Shown here one piece after another: positions 17,669 to 26,813 of a stretch of DNA of 64,000 nucleotides. The position numbers were made by a program, and so were the translations under genes. Position 1 is the stretch's first letter. Each line of letters begins with the position of its first letter. The notes beneath the pieces were generated by a model that made no database searches, was not told the origin of the DNA, and worked only from the letters and a program-made list of their open reading frames with translations. Source of the DNA: Candidatus Tectimicrobiota bacterium. Lineage in GTDB: Bacteria > JACPUC01. The stretch is taken from positions 186,001 through 250,000 of the forward strand of contig JACPUC010000006.1 in assembly GCA_016192455.1 (NCBI GenBank), given 5' to 3'.

Positions 17669-20020
17669 ATGCTTGGAGCCGGCACACCACGAGCTGCACG
17701 CGAGGCGCCCAAGCGCCGGCCTCCCCGGCGGGCCTGGCGCACCCGCGGGGTGGGTTGCCCCCTCCTCGTCGCGGCGCTCCTCGTCGGCTTCTTCCTGGGG
17801 TTCCCCCCCCTGCCCGCCCGGGGCGACGAGGCGGACACCTACCGGGCGGCGTGGCGCTCCTTCCGCGAGAAGAACTTCGAGCTGGCCCGGGACCTCGCCG
17901 AGGACTACCTCCGGCGCCAGCCCGCGGGACGCTACCGGCAGCAGGCCCTGCAGCTCCTCGGCGAGACGGCCTTCCTCCAAAAGGACTACACCGCTGCCGC
18001 CGCGGCGTTCGCCACGCTTCTGCGGAGCGCGCCGGCCGATGCCTCTCTGGAGCCGATGCTGGTGCGCCTGCTGCAGAGCGTCGTGCAGGGGAAGCGTTGT
18101 GGGAGCGAGCTGACCTCCCTGCAGAGCATGGTGTTCGCGTGGCCCCAGGGGGGCGCGGCGGCGGCCCGGTACTGGCTGGCCGAGTGTCACCTCCAGGTAG
18201 GCGACCTGGCGCGGGCGGCGAGCGAGCTCCGCGACGTCGTGAGCCGCCGCGGCGCCGAGCATCTGCGCGCCAACGCGCTCCGTACCCTGGCGTGGGTGGA
18301 GCAGCGCCTCGCCCACGAGGACGAGTCCATCGGCTACTACACGATGTTCGTCCAGGAGTTCCCGCGCCATGCCTTCGCGCCGGAGGCGCAGTTCCGCGCG
18401 GCGCAGCTCTACTTCCGCACCCAGCGCTACCGTCAGGCGATGGCGCAGTTCCGCGCCCTGCTCGAGCACCAGGCGGCGCGCGCGTGGCACGCCGAGGCGC
18501 GCTACTGGGCGGCGGAAAGCGCCTATGCCCTCGGGGAGTACCGGGAGGCGCGGCGGCAGTACGCGGCGTACCTGCAGACGTCCCCTCGGGGAGCATATGT
18601 GGCGGCGGCGCTCCTAGGACTCGCCTGGGCGGCCTCCAAGATGGCGGACTACGGCGGCGCCGAACAGCTCTTCCTGCGCTACGCCGAGCGCTTCAGCGGC
18701 CGCGGCGAGGCACTTGCCGCGCACTACTACGCCGCGGCGAGCGCGGCGGCCGCCGGCGCGCCGTCACGGGCCATCCGTCGGCTGGATCAGTTCCTGCTCC
18801 TGGCTCCCGGGCATCCCCTGGCCCAGCAGGGGCAGCACCTGTTCTTCCGCCTGGCGACCCAGCTAGCGGCCTACGACAAGCTCGAGGTCATGCTGGTGCG
18901 GCTCGAGGGGGCGTCCGAGAGCGTGACGCGCGCGATGTTCCGCTACCTGGGTGACCGCCATGCGGCGCGCGGACGGGTCGCCGCGGCCCGCCGCTGGTGG
19001 CAGCGGGCCGGCAGGGAGGAGACGGACCCAGAGGTGCGGCGCGACCTGGCGCTGAAGGTGGCCCGCAGCCTCGCCGACGAGGGTGCCTACGACGCCGCCC
19101 TGCGCGAGGCCGGCGCAGTGGTCGCGGCGGAGCCTCGCCGCGACGCGGGGGCCGCCGAGCAGGGGCCGCGACTCCTCACGAAGGCCCTCGTGCTGGCCGC
19201 CGAACGCGCCTCCCAAGCGGGAGCGCTGGAGCAGGCGCTGCACCTCTACCGCCGCAGCCTGCGCACCCTGCCGGAGGAGCGTGAGGGGCACGCACCCTGG
19301 CGTGCGGCCGTGCGCTTCCAGGTTGCCGTCCTCCTGCAGCGATTGCAGCGCCCCACCCAGGCGGAAGCCGTTCTCAAGACTTACCTCGCCGGGGGGGCGG
19401 AGAAGTTCGCCGAGGGCGCCAACTTCCTCCTGGTGAGCCTCTACCTCGAGACCGGCCGCCTGGCGCGGGCGGTGCAGGCGTTCCAGGCGGCGCGGCGCCG
19501 CTACCCCTCATCGCACTATAGCCTGCGCCTGCAACGTCGCGCGCCTCAGCTCCTGGCCGCAATCGGCCAGCCTGACCGCGCCCTGGCCGGCTACCTTGAT
19601 CAGCGCTTCGAGCGTCCGCATGACACCCTGCCGGCGTTGCGCGCCGCGCAACTGCTCCTCGAGGTGGGGCGCAGCACCGCCGCCGTCGCCCCGCTGCGCC
19701 AGGCGAGCCGCGCCGGCGACGCCGCGATCGCGGCGCCGGCCCTCTACTGGCTCGCCGAAGCCTACGGCAAGGCGGGGAACGAGCGGGCCGCGCGCAGCGC
19801 GCTCTACGAGCTGCTCAAGCGCTTCCCGCAGCGGCGGGAGTGGCGCCAGATCGGCCTAGCCCGTCTGGGGGCGATCGAGGAACGGCTGGGGAACCTGGCC
19901 AAGGCCAAGGCGCTCTACGATGAGCTTGCCGGGCTTCCCGGCGCCCCTGCGATCCAGGAGGTGGGACGGGAACGCAGTCGCATGCTGCTGAGCCGGCTGA
20001 CGAGAGGACGGGCGACCTGA
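17669..20020 (+). CDS. Exported multi-TPR protein (CpoB/BamD-like repeats)
   Basis: Hydrophobic signal LLVAALLVGFFLGFPPLPARG; repeated TPR units (ARYWLAE, AQFRAAQ, ARYWAAE, ALYWLAE); start uncertain (17603 or 17669). Confidence 0.8.
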   Translation: MLGAGTPRAAREAPKRRPPRRAWRTRGVGCPLLVAALLVGFFLGFPPLPARGDEADTYRAAWRSFREKNFELARDLAEDYLRRQPAGRYRQQALQLLGETAFLQKDYTAAAAAFATLLRSAPADASLEPMLVRLLQSVVQGKRCGSELTSLQSMVFAWPQGGAAAARYWLAECHLQVGDLARAASELRDVVSRRGAEHLRANALRTLAWVEQRLAHEDESIGYYTMFVQEFPRHAFAPEAQFRAAQLYFRTQRYRQAMAQFRALLEHQAARAWHAEARYWAAESAYALGEYREARRQYAAYLQTSPRGAYVAAALLGLAWAASKMADYGGAEQLFLRYAERFSGRGEALAAHYYAAASAAAAGAPSRAIRRLDQFLLLAPGHPLAQQGQHLFFRLATQLAAYDKLEVMLVRLEGASESVTRAMFRYLGDRHAARGRVAAARRWWQRAGREETDPEVRRDLALKVARSLADEGAYDAALREAGAVVAAEPRRDAGAAEQGPRLLTKALVLAAERASQAGALEQALHLYRRSLRTLPEEREGHAPWRAAVRFQVAVLLQRLQRPTQAEAVLKTYLAGGAEKFAEGANFLLVSLYLETGRLARAVQAFQAARRRYPSSHYSLRLQRRAPQLLAAIGQPDRALAGYLDQRFERPHDTLPALRAAQLLLEVGRSTAAVAPLRQASRAGDAAIAAPALYWLAEAYGKAGNERAARSALYELLKRFPQRREWRQIGLARLGAIEERLGNLAKAKALYDELAGLPGAPAIQEVGRERSRMLLSRLTRGRAT

Positions 20021-23000
20021 TGCCGAGAGTCTTGCAGGACAAGGGATGGATTACCTGGCCAGGCGTCGGGGGAGGGAAGCTGCGGTGTCCCGGCGGCCAG
20101 GCCGAGGCGCGCCGCGCGCACGAGCTGGCGGCGGCCCGCCGCGCTCGGCCGCAGGCGCGGGACGAGCTCCCCCTGCGCCGCAGCCGCCGGTTCCTCCTGG
20201 GAGTCCTCCTGGGAAGCCTGGGGATCCTGCTGCTGACTCCCCAGTGCCTGAATGCTCAACCACCGGTAGGCACGCCGGCGCCGCCGCGCCTGGCGGCCCC
20301 ACCGCCTGCGGCGCCTGGCGCGGCGGGAGGTGCGCCGGCAGGGGACCAGCGGCAGGTTCCAGCACGTCCCGCGGCGGAGCCGCAGGCGACAACGACGGGC
20401 GAGGGCGCGGCGCCCCTGACGCAGGGCGACAAGCCGCCGATCTCGCTGCCGGAAGTGGTCGTGGTCGGGGAAGACCTGGCGATCCTGCGCACCGCCGGCG
20501 AGAAGGTGCTGCCGGAGCCGGTCACCCTCGGCGTCAAGGAGACGCCTCCCCAGGCGAGGGAAAAAATCGATCCCTCAACCCTGCCGCTGGGCGAGAAGAC
20601 CGCCCCGGAGGTCGGCCAGCCGAGCGGCTGCTTCGGAAACCCGGTGACGGGCTCGATCAGCCGCGCCTTTCTGGGCGACGAGGGGGAGTACAAGACCGGC
20701 CTCTTCTACTTCCAGGCGCGCGACTACGCCACCGCCGAGGCGTCGTTCCGGACGCTCCTGCGCGAGCACCCGAAGAGCGAGTACCTGGGGCCGGCGCACT
20801 TCTGGCTGGGGGAGATCGCCTACCGCCGCAATGAGTACGACGTCGCCCTCGCCTCCTATCGCGACGTGATTGAGCGTTTCCCCACCCACCAGTTCCGCGC
20901 CTGGGCCTCCTTCTCCGCCGCCTGGATCCTGATGAGCCGCGGCGCTTACGGCGAGGCGCAGGGGCTGCTCGAGGCGCTGCAACGCGAGGCGCCGAACCAT
21001 CCCCTCGCCGAGGCGGTGCACTTCCTCCTCGCCGAGACGAGTTTCTACCTGAAAGACTTCGAGCGCGCCGCCCAGGAGTACGCGCAGGTCCTCAGGGTTG
21101 CGCCGGGCGGGCGCTTCGCCGAGCGGGGGCTGCTCTGGTTGGCGGAGAGCTCCTACCAGGCGGGGAGCTACGAGGCCGCCGTCACGAGTTTCGCCGCGTA
21201 CCTGCGCACGTACCCCCAGGGGGCCTATCGCCTGCAGGCGCTCTATGGCTACGGCTGGAGCGCCGAGAAGAGCCGACGCTCGGAGGAGGCGGTGCGGGCG
21301 TTCACCGAGCTCCTCGCCCAGGGCGGGGATGCCGTCTACAACGACTCCGCGCTCTATGGCATCCTGCTGGCCGACCTCCAGCTTGAGCGCAGCGACGAGG
21401 CGGGGCGAGTCCTGGCGGAGCTCCGGCAGCGTTACCCCGGCAGCCGCTGGGGCGCCAATGGCGGGGTGCACCTTGGCCTGCACCACTTCAACCGGCGGCA
21501 GTACGTGCCGGCCTGGCGAGCCTTCCAGGAGGTGGTGCGGCGCTACCCCGGCACCGACCTTGCCGACCTCGCCGCCTACCTGGCGGGCGAGAGCCTCTAC
21601 CGACGCGCCGAGTACACGAAAGCCGCGGCCTACCTCATGGCGGCCCGCCAGCAGACGCCCGCGACGCGCTTCGCGGAGAACCTCAGCTTCAGCCTTGCCC
21701 TCGCCACCTATCGGCTCGGCGAGTATGGTCCCGCGGCCGCCGAGCTGCGCCGCTTCCTGGCGGGGTTCCGCGGCAGCCGCCTCGCCGACGAGGCGCAGTT
21801 CATGCTGGGCGAATCGCTCTACCGGAAGAAGCAGTTCGCGGCTGCGGCCACCGCCTTCCGCGCCGTGCCGGTGGGCAGCGAGCGCTACCAGGCGGCGCGC
21901 CACGGGATCGCTTGGGCGCTCTATCGCCAGGACGCCTGGCGCGAGGCGGCGGCGGTCTTCCTGGCTTACGCGGCCTCGGTGACCGACGAGCGCCAGCGCT
22001 CCGAGGCGCTCTTCCGCGCCGCGGAGTGCCTCATCAACGCCAGGAGGTATGACCGCGGCGTCGAGCTCTACCTCGCCATCATGGCGCGCTCCCCCCTGGC
22101 GCCCATCCACCAGGAGGCCAGGTTCCAGCTTGGGCAGACCTACGTTCGGCGCGGCCTCCCTGAGCCGGCGGCGCGGCACTTCCGCGTCCTGCGTGAGACG
22201 GCGAGCCCCCTGGCCCCCGAGGCCGCCTACCTCTATGGCATGACCTTCTTCAGCCGCGGCGATTTCGCGGCGGCGCGGCGGGAGTTCTACACCGTCTGGC
22301 GTCGCTTCTCCGGCCAGCCGGCAGCCTTGAAAGCCCTCCTGCGCATGGGAGACGCCTACTACAACGAGCGCCAGTACGGCAATGCGATCACCACCTACGA
22401 GAACGTCCTGGCCAAGGGGGGCCCCCGGGAGATCGCCGCCGATGCCCACTACAGCATCGTTCAGAGCTACTACCAGCTCAAGAACTACGCGCGCTTCCTC
22501 GACTACGGCGAGGCGTTCGTGCGCACCTTCCGTTCCAACCCCCGCGGCGTCACCCTGCAGTTTCAGATGGCCGGGCACCGTGCGGCGACGGGGGACTATG
22601 ACGCGGCGGCCCGGGCATTCAGCGACATCGTGCAGAAGTTCAGCGACAACGACCTGGCGGATGACGCGCAGTTCCGGCTCGCCGAGGTGGAGGTGCAGCG
22701 CGGCAGGACCGCCGCCGCATTGATCGCCTACGACGCGCTCCTGGCACGCTTCCCCGACAGCCCCCTGCGTCAGGATGGGCGCCTGGGGAAAGCCCGCCTC
22801 TTGCGTCAGACCGGCATGTCGGCGCAAGCCGCGACGCAGCTCCGGGATCTCCTCAAGGAGGCGCCCCGCGGCCCCTTGGCGCCGGAGGCCCTCTCCCTCC
22901 TCGGCGACACGCTCGTGGGGCTTGGCCAGGCCGGCGAGGCGCGCCAGGCGTTCACCGGCTTTCTCACCGACCACCCGCAGGATGCGGCGCGCCACCGCGT

Positions 23001-23388
23001 CCACCTCGCCTTCGGCAAGCTCCTCGTGGCGGGCGGCGAGCGGCGGCAGGCGCAGTCGCATTTCCGGGCGGCCACGGAGAGCCCCGAGGCGTCCCTGGCG
23101 GCGGAGGCCCACTATCGCCTCGGCGAGACTCTGGCTGAGCAAGGGGAGCTGGAGCGGGCGGCCGTCGAGCTCCTGAAGGTTGCCTACCTCTACCCGAAAG
23201 TGCGAAACTGGAGTGATCAGGCGCTCCTCCTCGCGGCCGCGGCCTACGAGGAGCTCAATCAAACGGCGAAGGCGACGGCGGTGTACCGGAAGCTCGTCAA
23301 CGAATCGCAGGATGAGGCCCGTGTGCGGGTGGCGCGCGAGAAGCTCGCCTCGATGCACACCACGATCAAGCTCAAGCGCAAGCGCTGA
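20020..23388 (+). CDS. Very large exported multi-TPR protein
   Basis: Signal-like FLLGVLLGSLGILLL..NA, Pro/Ala linker, then many TPR units (AHFWLGE, AQFMLGE, ARFQLGQ, ALLRMGD, AHYRLGE); TGATG coupling to the upstream gene. Confidence 0.85.
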   Translation: MPRVLQDKGWITWPGVGGGKLRCPGGQAEARRAHELAAARRARPQARDELPLRRSRRFLLGVLLGSLGILLLTPQCLNAQPPVGTPAPPRLAAPPPAAPGAAGGAPAGDQRQVPARPAAEPQATTTGEGAAPLTQGDKPPISLPEVVVVGEDLAILRTAGEKVLPEPVTLGVKETPPQAREKIDPSTLPLGEKTAPEVGQPSGCFGNPVTGSISRAFLGDEGEYKTGLFYFQARDYATAEASFRTLLREHPKSEYLGPAHFWLGEIAYRRNEYDVALASYRDVIERFPTHQFRAWASFSAAWILMSRGAYGEAQGLLEALQREAPNHPLAEAVHFLLAETSFYLKDFERAAQEYAQVLRVAPGGRFAERGLLWLAESSYQAGSYEAAVTSFAAYLRTYPQGAYRLQALYGYGWSAEKSRRSEEAVRAFTELLAQGGDAVYNDSALYGILLADLQLERSDEAGRVLAELRQRYPGSRWGANGGVHLGLHHFNRRQYVPAWRAFQEVVRRYPGTDLADLAAYLAGESLYRRAEYTKAAAYLMAARQQTPATRFAENLSFSLALATYRLGEYGPAAAELRRFLAGFRGSRLADEAQFMLGESLYRKKQFAAAATAFRAVPVGSERYQAARHGIAWALYRQDAWREAAAVFLAYAASVTDERQRSEALFRAAECLINARRYDRGVELYLAIMARSPLAPIHQEARFQLGQTYVRRGLPEPAARHFRVLRETASPLAPEAAYLYGMTFFSRGDFAAARREFYTVWRRFSGQPAALKALLRMGDAYYNERQYGNAITTYENVLAKGGPREIAADAHYSIVQSYYQLKNYARFLDYGEAFVRTFRSNPRGVTLQFQMAGHRAATGDYDAAARAFSDIVQKFSDNDLADDAQFRLAEVEVQRGRTAAALIAYDALLARFPDSPLRQDGRLGKARLLRQTGMSAQAATQLRDLLKEAPRGPLAPEALSLLGDTLVGLGQAGEARQAFTGFLTDHPQDAARHRVHLAFGKLLVAGGERRQAQSHFRAATESPEASLAAEAHYRLGETLAEQGELERAAVELLKVAYLYPKVRNWSDQALLLAAAAYEELNQTAKATAVYRKLVNESQDEARVRVAREKLASMHTTIKLKRKR

Positions 23389-23444
23389 GGCCGAAACCGG
23401 CCGGGCCGCGCCCTGCTGGTTGCGGCAGCGCTGCTGAAGCAGGG

Positions 23445-24056
23445 GTGGAGACGGTTGTGATTGAGATGCTCACCAAGGGCGGCATCCTGATGGTGCCGAT
23501 CAGCTTCTGCTCGGTGCTGGCCCTAGGGATCGTGCTGGAGCGCCTGTTTAACCTCCGCCACCGGCGCATCGTGCGGATGGATATCCTGCAGCGCGTCGAG
23601 GACCTGCTGCGCGATAAGAAGATCCATGAGGCCACCACCCTCTGCAAGCGGTACCAGTCAGCCATGACGCGCATCCTCTACGCCGCCATCCTGAACCACG
23701 ATCTCGAGAAGCCGGAGATCAAGGAGATCATCGAGGACGCGGGACGCCAGGAGGTGCCGAGCCTGGAACGCTACCTGAGCATCCTGGGGACGATCGCCAA
23801 CATCTCTCCTTTGCTCGGTCTTCTCGGCACCGTCTTCGGCATCATGAGGGTCTTCCTGGTGATCACCTCGCAGGGGGTGGGGCATCCGCAAGCCATGGCG
23901 GGCGGCATCTCCGAGGCCCTCATCACCACCGCCGCCGGCCTGTCCGTGGCGATCCCCGCCCTCGTCTTCCATAGCTACTTCATGAACAAGGCGAACCTCC
24001 TCGTCCTGGAGATGGAGAAGAACGCCCTGAAGATGCTCAACATCCTGAAACGCTGA
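23445..24056 (+). CDS. exbB: MotA/TolQ/ExbB proton channel protein
   Basis: GGILMVPI, SPLLGLLGTVFGI, GISEALITTAAGL. Confidence 0.92.
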   Translation: METVVIEMLTKGGILMVPISFCSVLALGIVLERLFNLRHRRIVRMDILQRVEDLLRDKKIHEATTLCKRYQSAMTRILYAAILNHDLEKPEIKEIIEDAGRQEVPSLERYLSILGTIANISPLLGLLGTVFGIMRVFLVITSQGVGHPQAMAGGISEALITTAAGLSVAIPALVFHSYFMNKANLLVLEMEKNALKMLNILKR

Positions 24057-24107
24057 GGCGCGCCGCGCTGCGTCGCCGCGCAGGGCGGCGAGGGGACCCA
24101 CTTCCGC

Positions 24108-24518
24108 ATGCAATTTCGCGCTCGACAACCGACCTCGCCAAGCGTCAACGTCATCTCGCTCATCGACGTGGTGCTGATGCTGCTGATCTTTTTCATGCTC
24201 TCCACGACGTTCGTCGCGCAACCGGGCATCACGGTGAACCTGCCGAAGGCGGAGAGTCAGGCCTCCACCGGCAGCCAGGATATTATCGTGGCGGTCACCG
24301 CGGGCGGCGACCTCTACGTCAATGAGCAACGTGTGACCCTGGAGACCCTGGCGGAGCATTTGCGGCGCCTGCTTGCCGAGAAGCCGGCGTCGGTGGTCAT
24401 CGTGAAGGCTGATGAGACGATCCGCCACGGCCTCGTGGTCACCATCATGGATGTCGCCAAGCAGCGCGGCGCCCAACGTCTTGCGATTGCAACGCGACCG
24501 CGCGACACCGCGCCCTGA
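24108..24518 (+). CDS. exbD: ExbD/TolR biopolymer transport protein
   Basis: NVISLIDVVLMLLIFFM with conserved TM Asp, VNLPKA, KAD, VTIMD. Confidence 0.92.
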   Translation: MQFRARQPTSPSVNVISLIDVVLMLLIFFMLSTTFVAQPGITVNLPKAESQASTGSQDIIVAVTAGGDLYVNEQRVTLETLAEHLRRLLAEKPASVVIVKADETIRHGLVVTIMDVAKQRGAQRLAIATRPRDTAP

Positions 24519-24534
24519 ACGTGGCGGGCCGACG

Positions 24535-25440
24535 ATGGGTGATCGGGTCCTCAGTCTCGCCCTCTTCCTCTCTCTCCTCCTCCACCTGCTGCTTGTCGTG
24601 GCGCCGCTGCCCGTCGACTGGGGACGCGACGTGCACGCCTCGCGCATCGACGTGGAGTTGCGGGAGCTTCCGCCCCCCGAACCGCCGGCCAAGCCTGCGC
24701 CGCTTGCCGAGATTCTGCCGCAGCTTCCGCCTTCCGAGCCCGCCGAGGTGAAACCAGCCCCACCCTCGCCGGACACCTCCCAGATCGGCCGCGCTCCGCG
24801 GCCGGCGCCACTCCCAGCCGCGCAGCTCACCCCCTGGGCGGAGCGGGCCAAGGAGCTGAGCTTCGGGCCGCGCATCCTGCAGCCGTCGGTCAGGCTCGAC
24901 CTGCCCACGAGCGCCATTGACGCCGCCGACCTCTTCAGGGAGGAGGCGCGGGCAGCCGCGGCGAGCACGAAGCAGGAGCTCGAACGCCTGCTGCAGACCC
25001 TCCAGCCTTCAGGGGTGTTGGAGGGAACGAAGCTGACGGCGCGCTTGACCATCAAGGAGATGGAGCGGCCGCCCCTGCCGACTGACGAGCAGATCGGCTT
25101 TCCCCTGCAGCCGCAGCCTCCGAGCGAGGCGGTCGCCGAACCGCTCCCCGTGCCGCTGGCGGCCATGGAGAACATCAAGGGGCCGGCCAGCAAACGCTAC
25201 GTGGTCAGCAAGCCGGGCAAACCCCCGCGGGTGCAACTGGAGGCTTCCTCGAGTGTCGAGCTGAAGTTCTGGGTGAGGGCGGATGGGACGGTCGAGCGGG
25301 TCGTGCCGCTGAAGCGCGGGGCAACCGCGCTCGAGGAAGCGGGGATGAACTACTTCCGCCAGTGGCGATTCAATCCGCTCGCCAACGGGGAAGAGGAGCC
25401 GCAGTGGGGGATCATTACGATCCGCTATGAGCTGCAGTAG
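24535..25440 (+). CDS. tonB: TonB-family energy transducer
   Basis: TM SLLLH motif, Pro-rich linker, TonB_C-like VELKFWVRADGTV...QWRFNP. Confidence 0.8.
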   Translation: MGDRVLSLALFLSLLLHLLLVVAPLPVDWGRDVHASRIDVELRELPPPEPPAKPAPLAEILPQLPPSEPAEVKPAPPSPDTSQIGRAPRPAPLPAAQLTPWAERAKELSFGPRILQPSVRLDLPTSAIDAADLFREEARAAAASTKQELERLLQTLQPSGVLEGTKLTARLTIKEMERPPLPTDEQIGFPLQPQPPSEAVAEPLPVPLAAMENIKGPASKRYVVSKPGKPPRVQLEASSSVELKFWVRADGTVERVVPLKRGATALEEAGMNYFRQWRFNPLANGEEEPQWGIITIRYELQ

Positions 25441-25527
25441 CTTCCGCCGCCGGCTGCTTCTGGAGGAGGGCCGTCGGCCGTCTCCCGGCCGCGGCGCCGG
25501 AGCGGGGCGGCTGCCGCCGGAGGCCGG

Positions 25528-26511
25528 TTAACCTCGGAACGCCTCGGGGTTGACGAGGTTCGGCGGCCGCTCGCCGCGCAGCGCCGCCACGCAGTTCTCG
25601 GCGGCCATGCGGGCCATGCGTTCGCGCGTGCGGCGCGAGGCGCTGCCGAGGTGCGGCAGGAGCACCGTCTGCGGAAGCTCGGCGAGGCCGGGACTGAGCG
25701 CCGGCTCACGCTCGTAGACATCGAGCGCCGCGGCGCCGAGGCATCCGTCCCGCAGCGCGATGACGAGGGCGGCCTCATCGACCACCGGCCCGCGCGCGGT
25801 ATTGATGAGGCAGGCGGTCGGCTTCATGCGCCGCAGCTCCGGCATGCCGATGAGGTGGTGCGTCTGCGGCGTGAGGGGGACGTGCAGGCTGATGAAATCC
25901 GCCTCGCCGAGGAGGGTCTCGAGGGGGACGTAGGAAGCCGCGAGCTCCTGTTCCAGAGGCGCCGGCAGGGGGCGGCGGTTGTGGTAGATGAGGCGCATCG
26001 CGAAGCCGCGGGCGCGGCGAGCCACCGCCTGGCCGATGCGTCCCATGCCGATGATCCCCAGCGTGGCGCCGTGCACGTCGCAGCCCAGGAAGTCCATGAG
26101 CTCCCAGCGCCGGAAGCGGCCGGCGCGCACGTAGCGGTCTGCTTCCACGAGGCGACGGGCGGCGGCCATCAGCAACGCCCAGGCAAGATCGGCGGTGGTC
26201 TCGGTGAGCACGCCGGGCGTATTGGTGACCATGATGCCGCGGCTGCTCGCCGCCGCCACATCGATGTTGTCATACCCCACCGCCACGTTGGCGATCACCT
26301 TGAACCCCGTCGGCAGCGCGCCGATGAGCTGCGCGTCGAAGCGGTCGGTCAAGAGGCAGACCACGCCGTCGTGGGCGGCGGCTCGCCGGCGCAGTTCCTG
26401 CGGCGGAAGGGGGTCGCCGCTCTCGTTGACCTCGACCTCCGCGTGCGCGCGCAGGTACGCCGTGGCCGAGGCCGGAAGACGATTGGTCTGGAGAACGCGC
26501 GGCGTTGCCAT
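25528..26511 (-). CDS. gyaR: D-2-hydroxyacid dehydrogenase (glyoxylate reductase/D-glycerate dehydrogenase)
   Basis: AVGYDNID, NTPGVLTETTAD, GMGRIG, INTARG, LDVYEREP, PHLGSA. Confidence 0.9.
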   Translation of the reverse strand: MATPRVLQTNRLPASATAYLRAHAEVEVNESGDPLPPQELRRRAAAHDGVVCLLTDRFDAQLIGALPTGFKVIANVAVGYDNIDVAAASSRGIMVTNTPGVLTETTADLAWALLMAAARRLVEADRYVRAGRFRRWELMDFLGCDVHGATLGIIGMGRIGQAVARRARGFAMRLIYHNRRPLPAPLEQELAASYVPLETLLGEADFISLHVPLTPQTHHLIGMPELRRMKPTACLINTARGPVVDEAALVIALRDGCLGAAALDVYEREPALSPGLAELPQTVLLPHLGSASRRTRERMARMAAENCVAALRGERPPNLVNPEAFRG

Positions 26512-26813
26512 GGTGCCTTGGAACCTCCGGAAAGCGCGCGACGGCGCCCATTCTACGCAAGGCTGCGGCGGGTGCGCAAGCGACGCCGCCGGGAGAGCCG
26601 ACGGATCGACAGCTCCTGGGGTCCAGGCCATGATGCGGCGTCACCGAGCCGTGGCCGCGTCCCGACCTCACCCCGCGCCGGGGCCGCCGCGCTGCGGCGC
26701 CTCCCACCCGGAACCGGGGCCGGGAGGCGAGGGGAGAGGCGCGGGAAGCCGCGCGGGGTGGCGGTGAGCCGCCGAGGTGGAGAGCGGCTGGCGGAGCGGG
26801 AGGAGCGTGGCGC

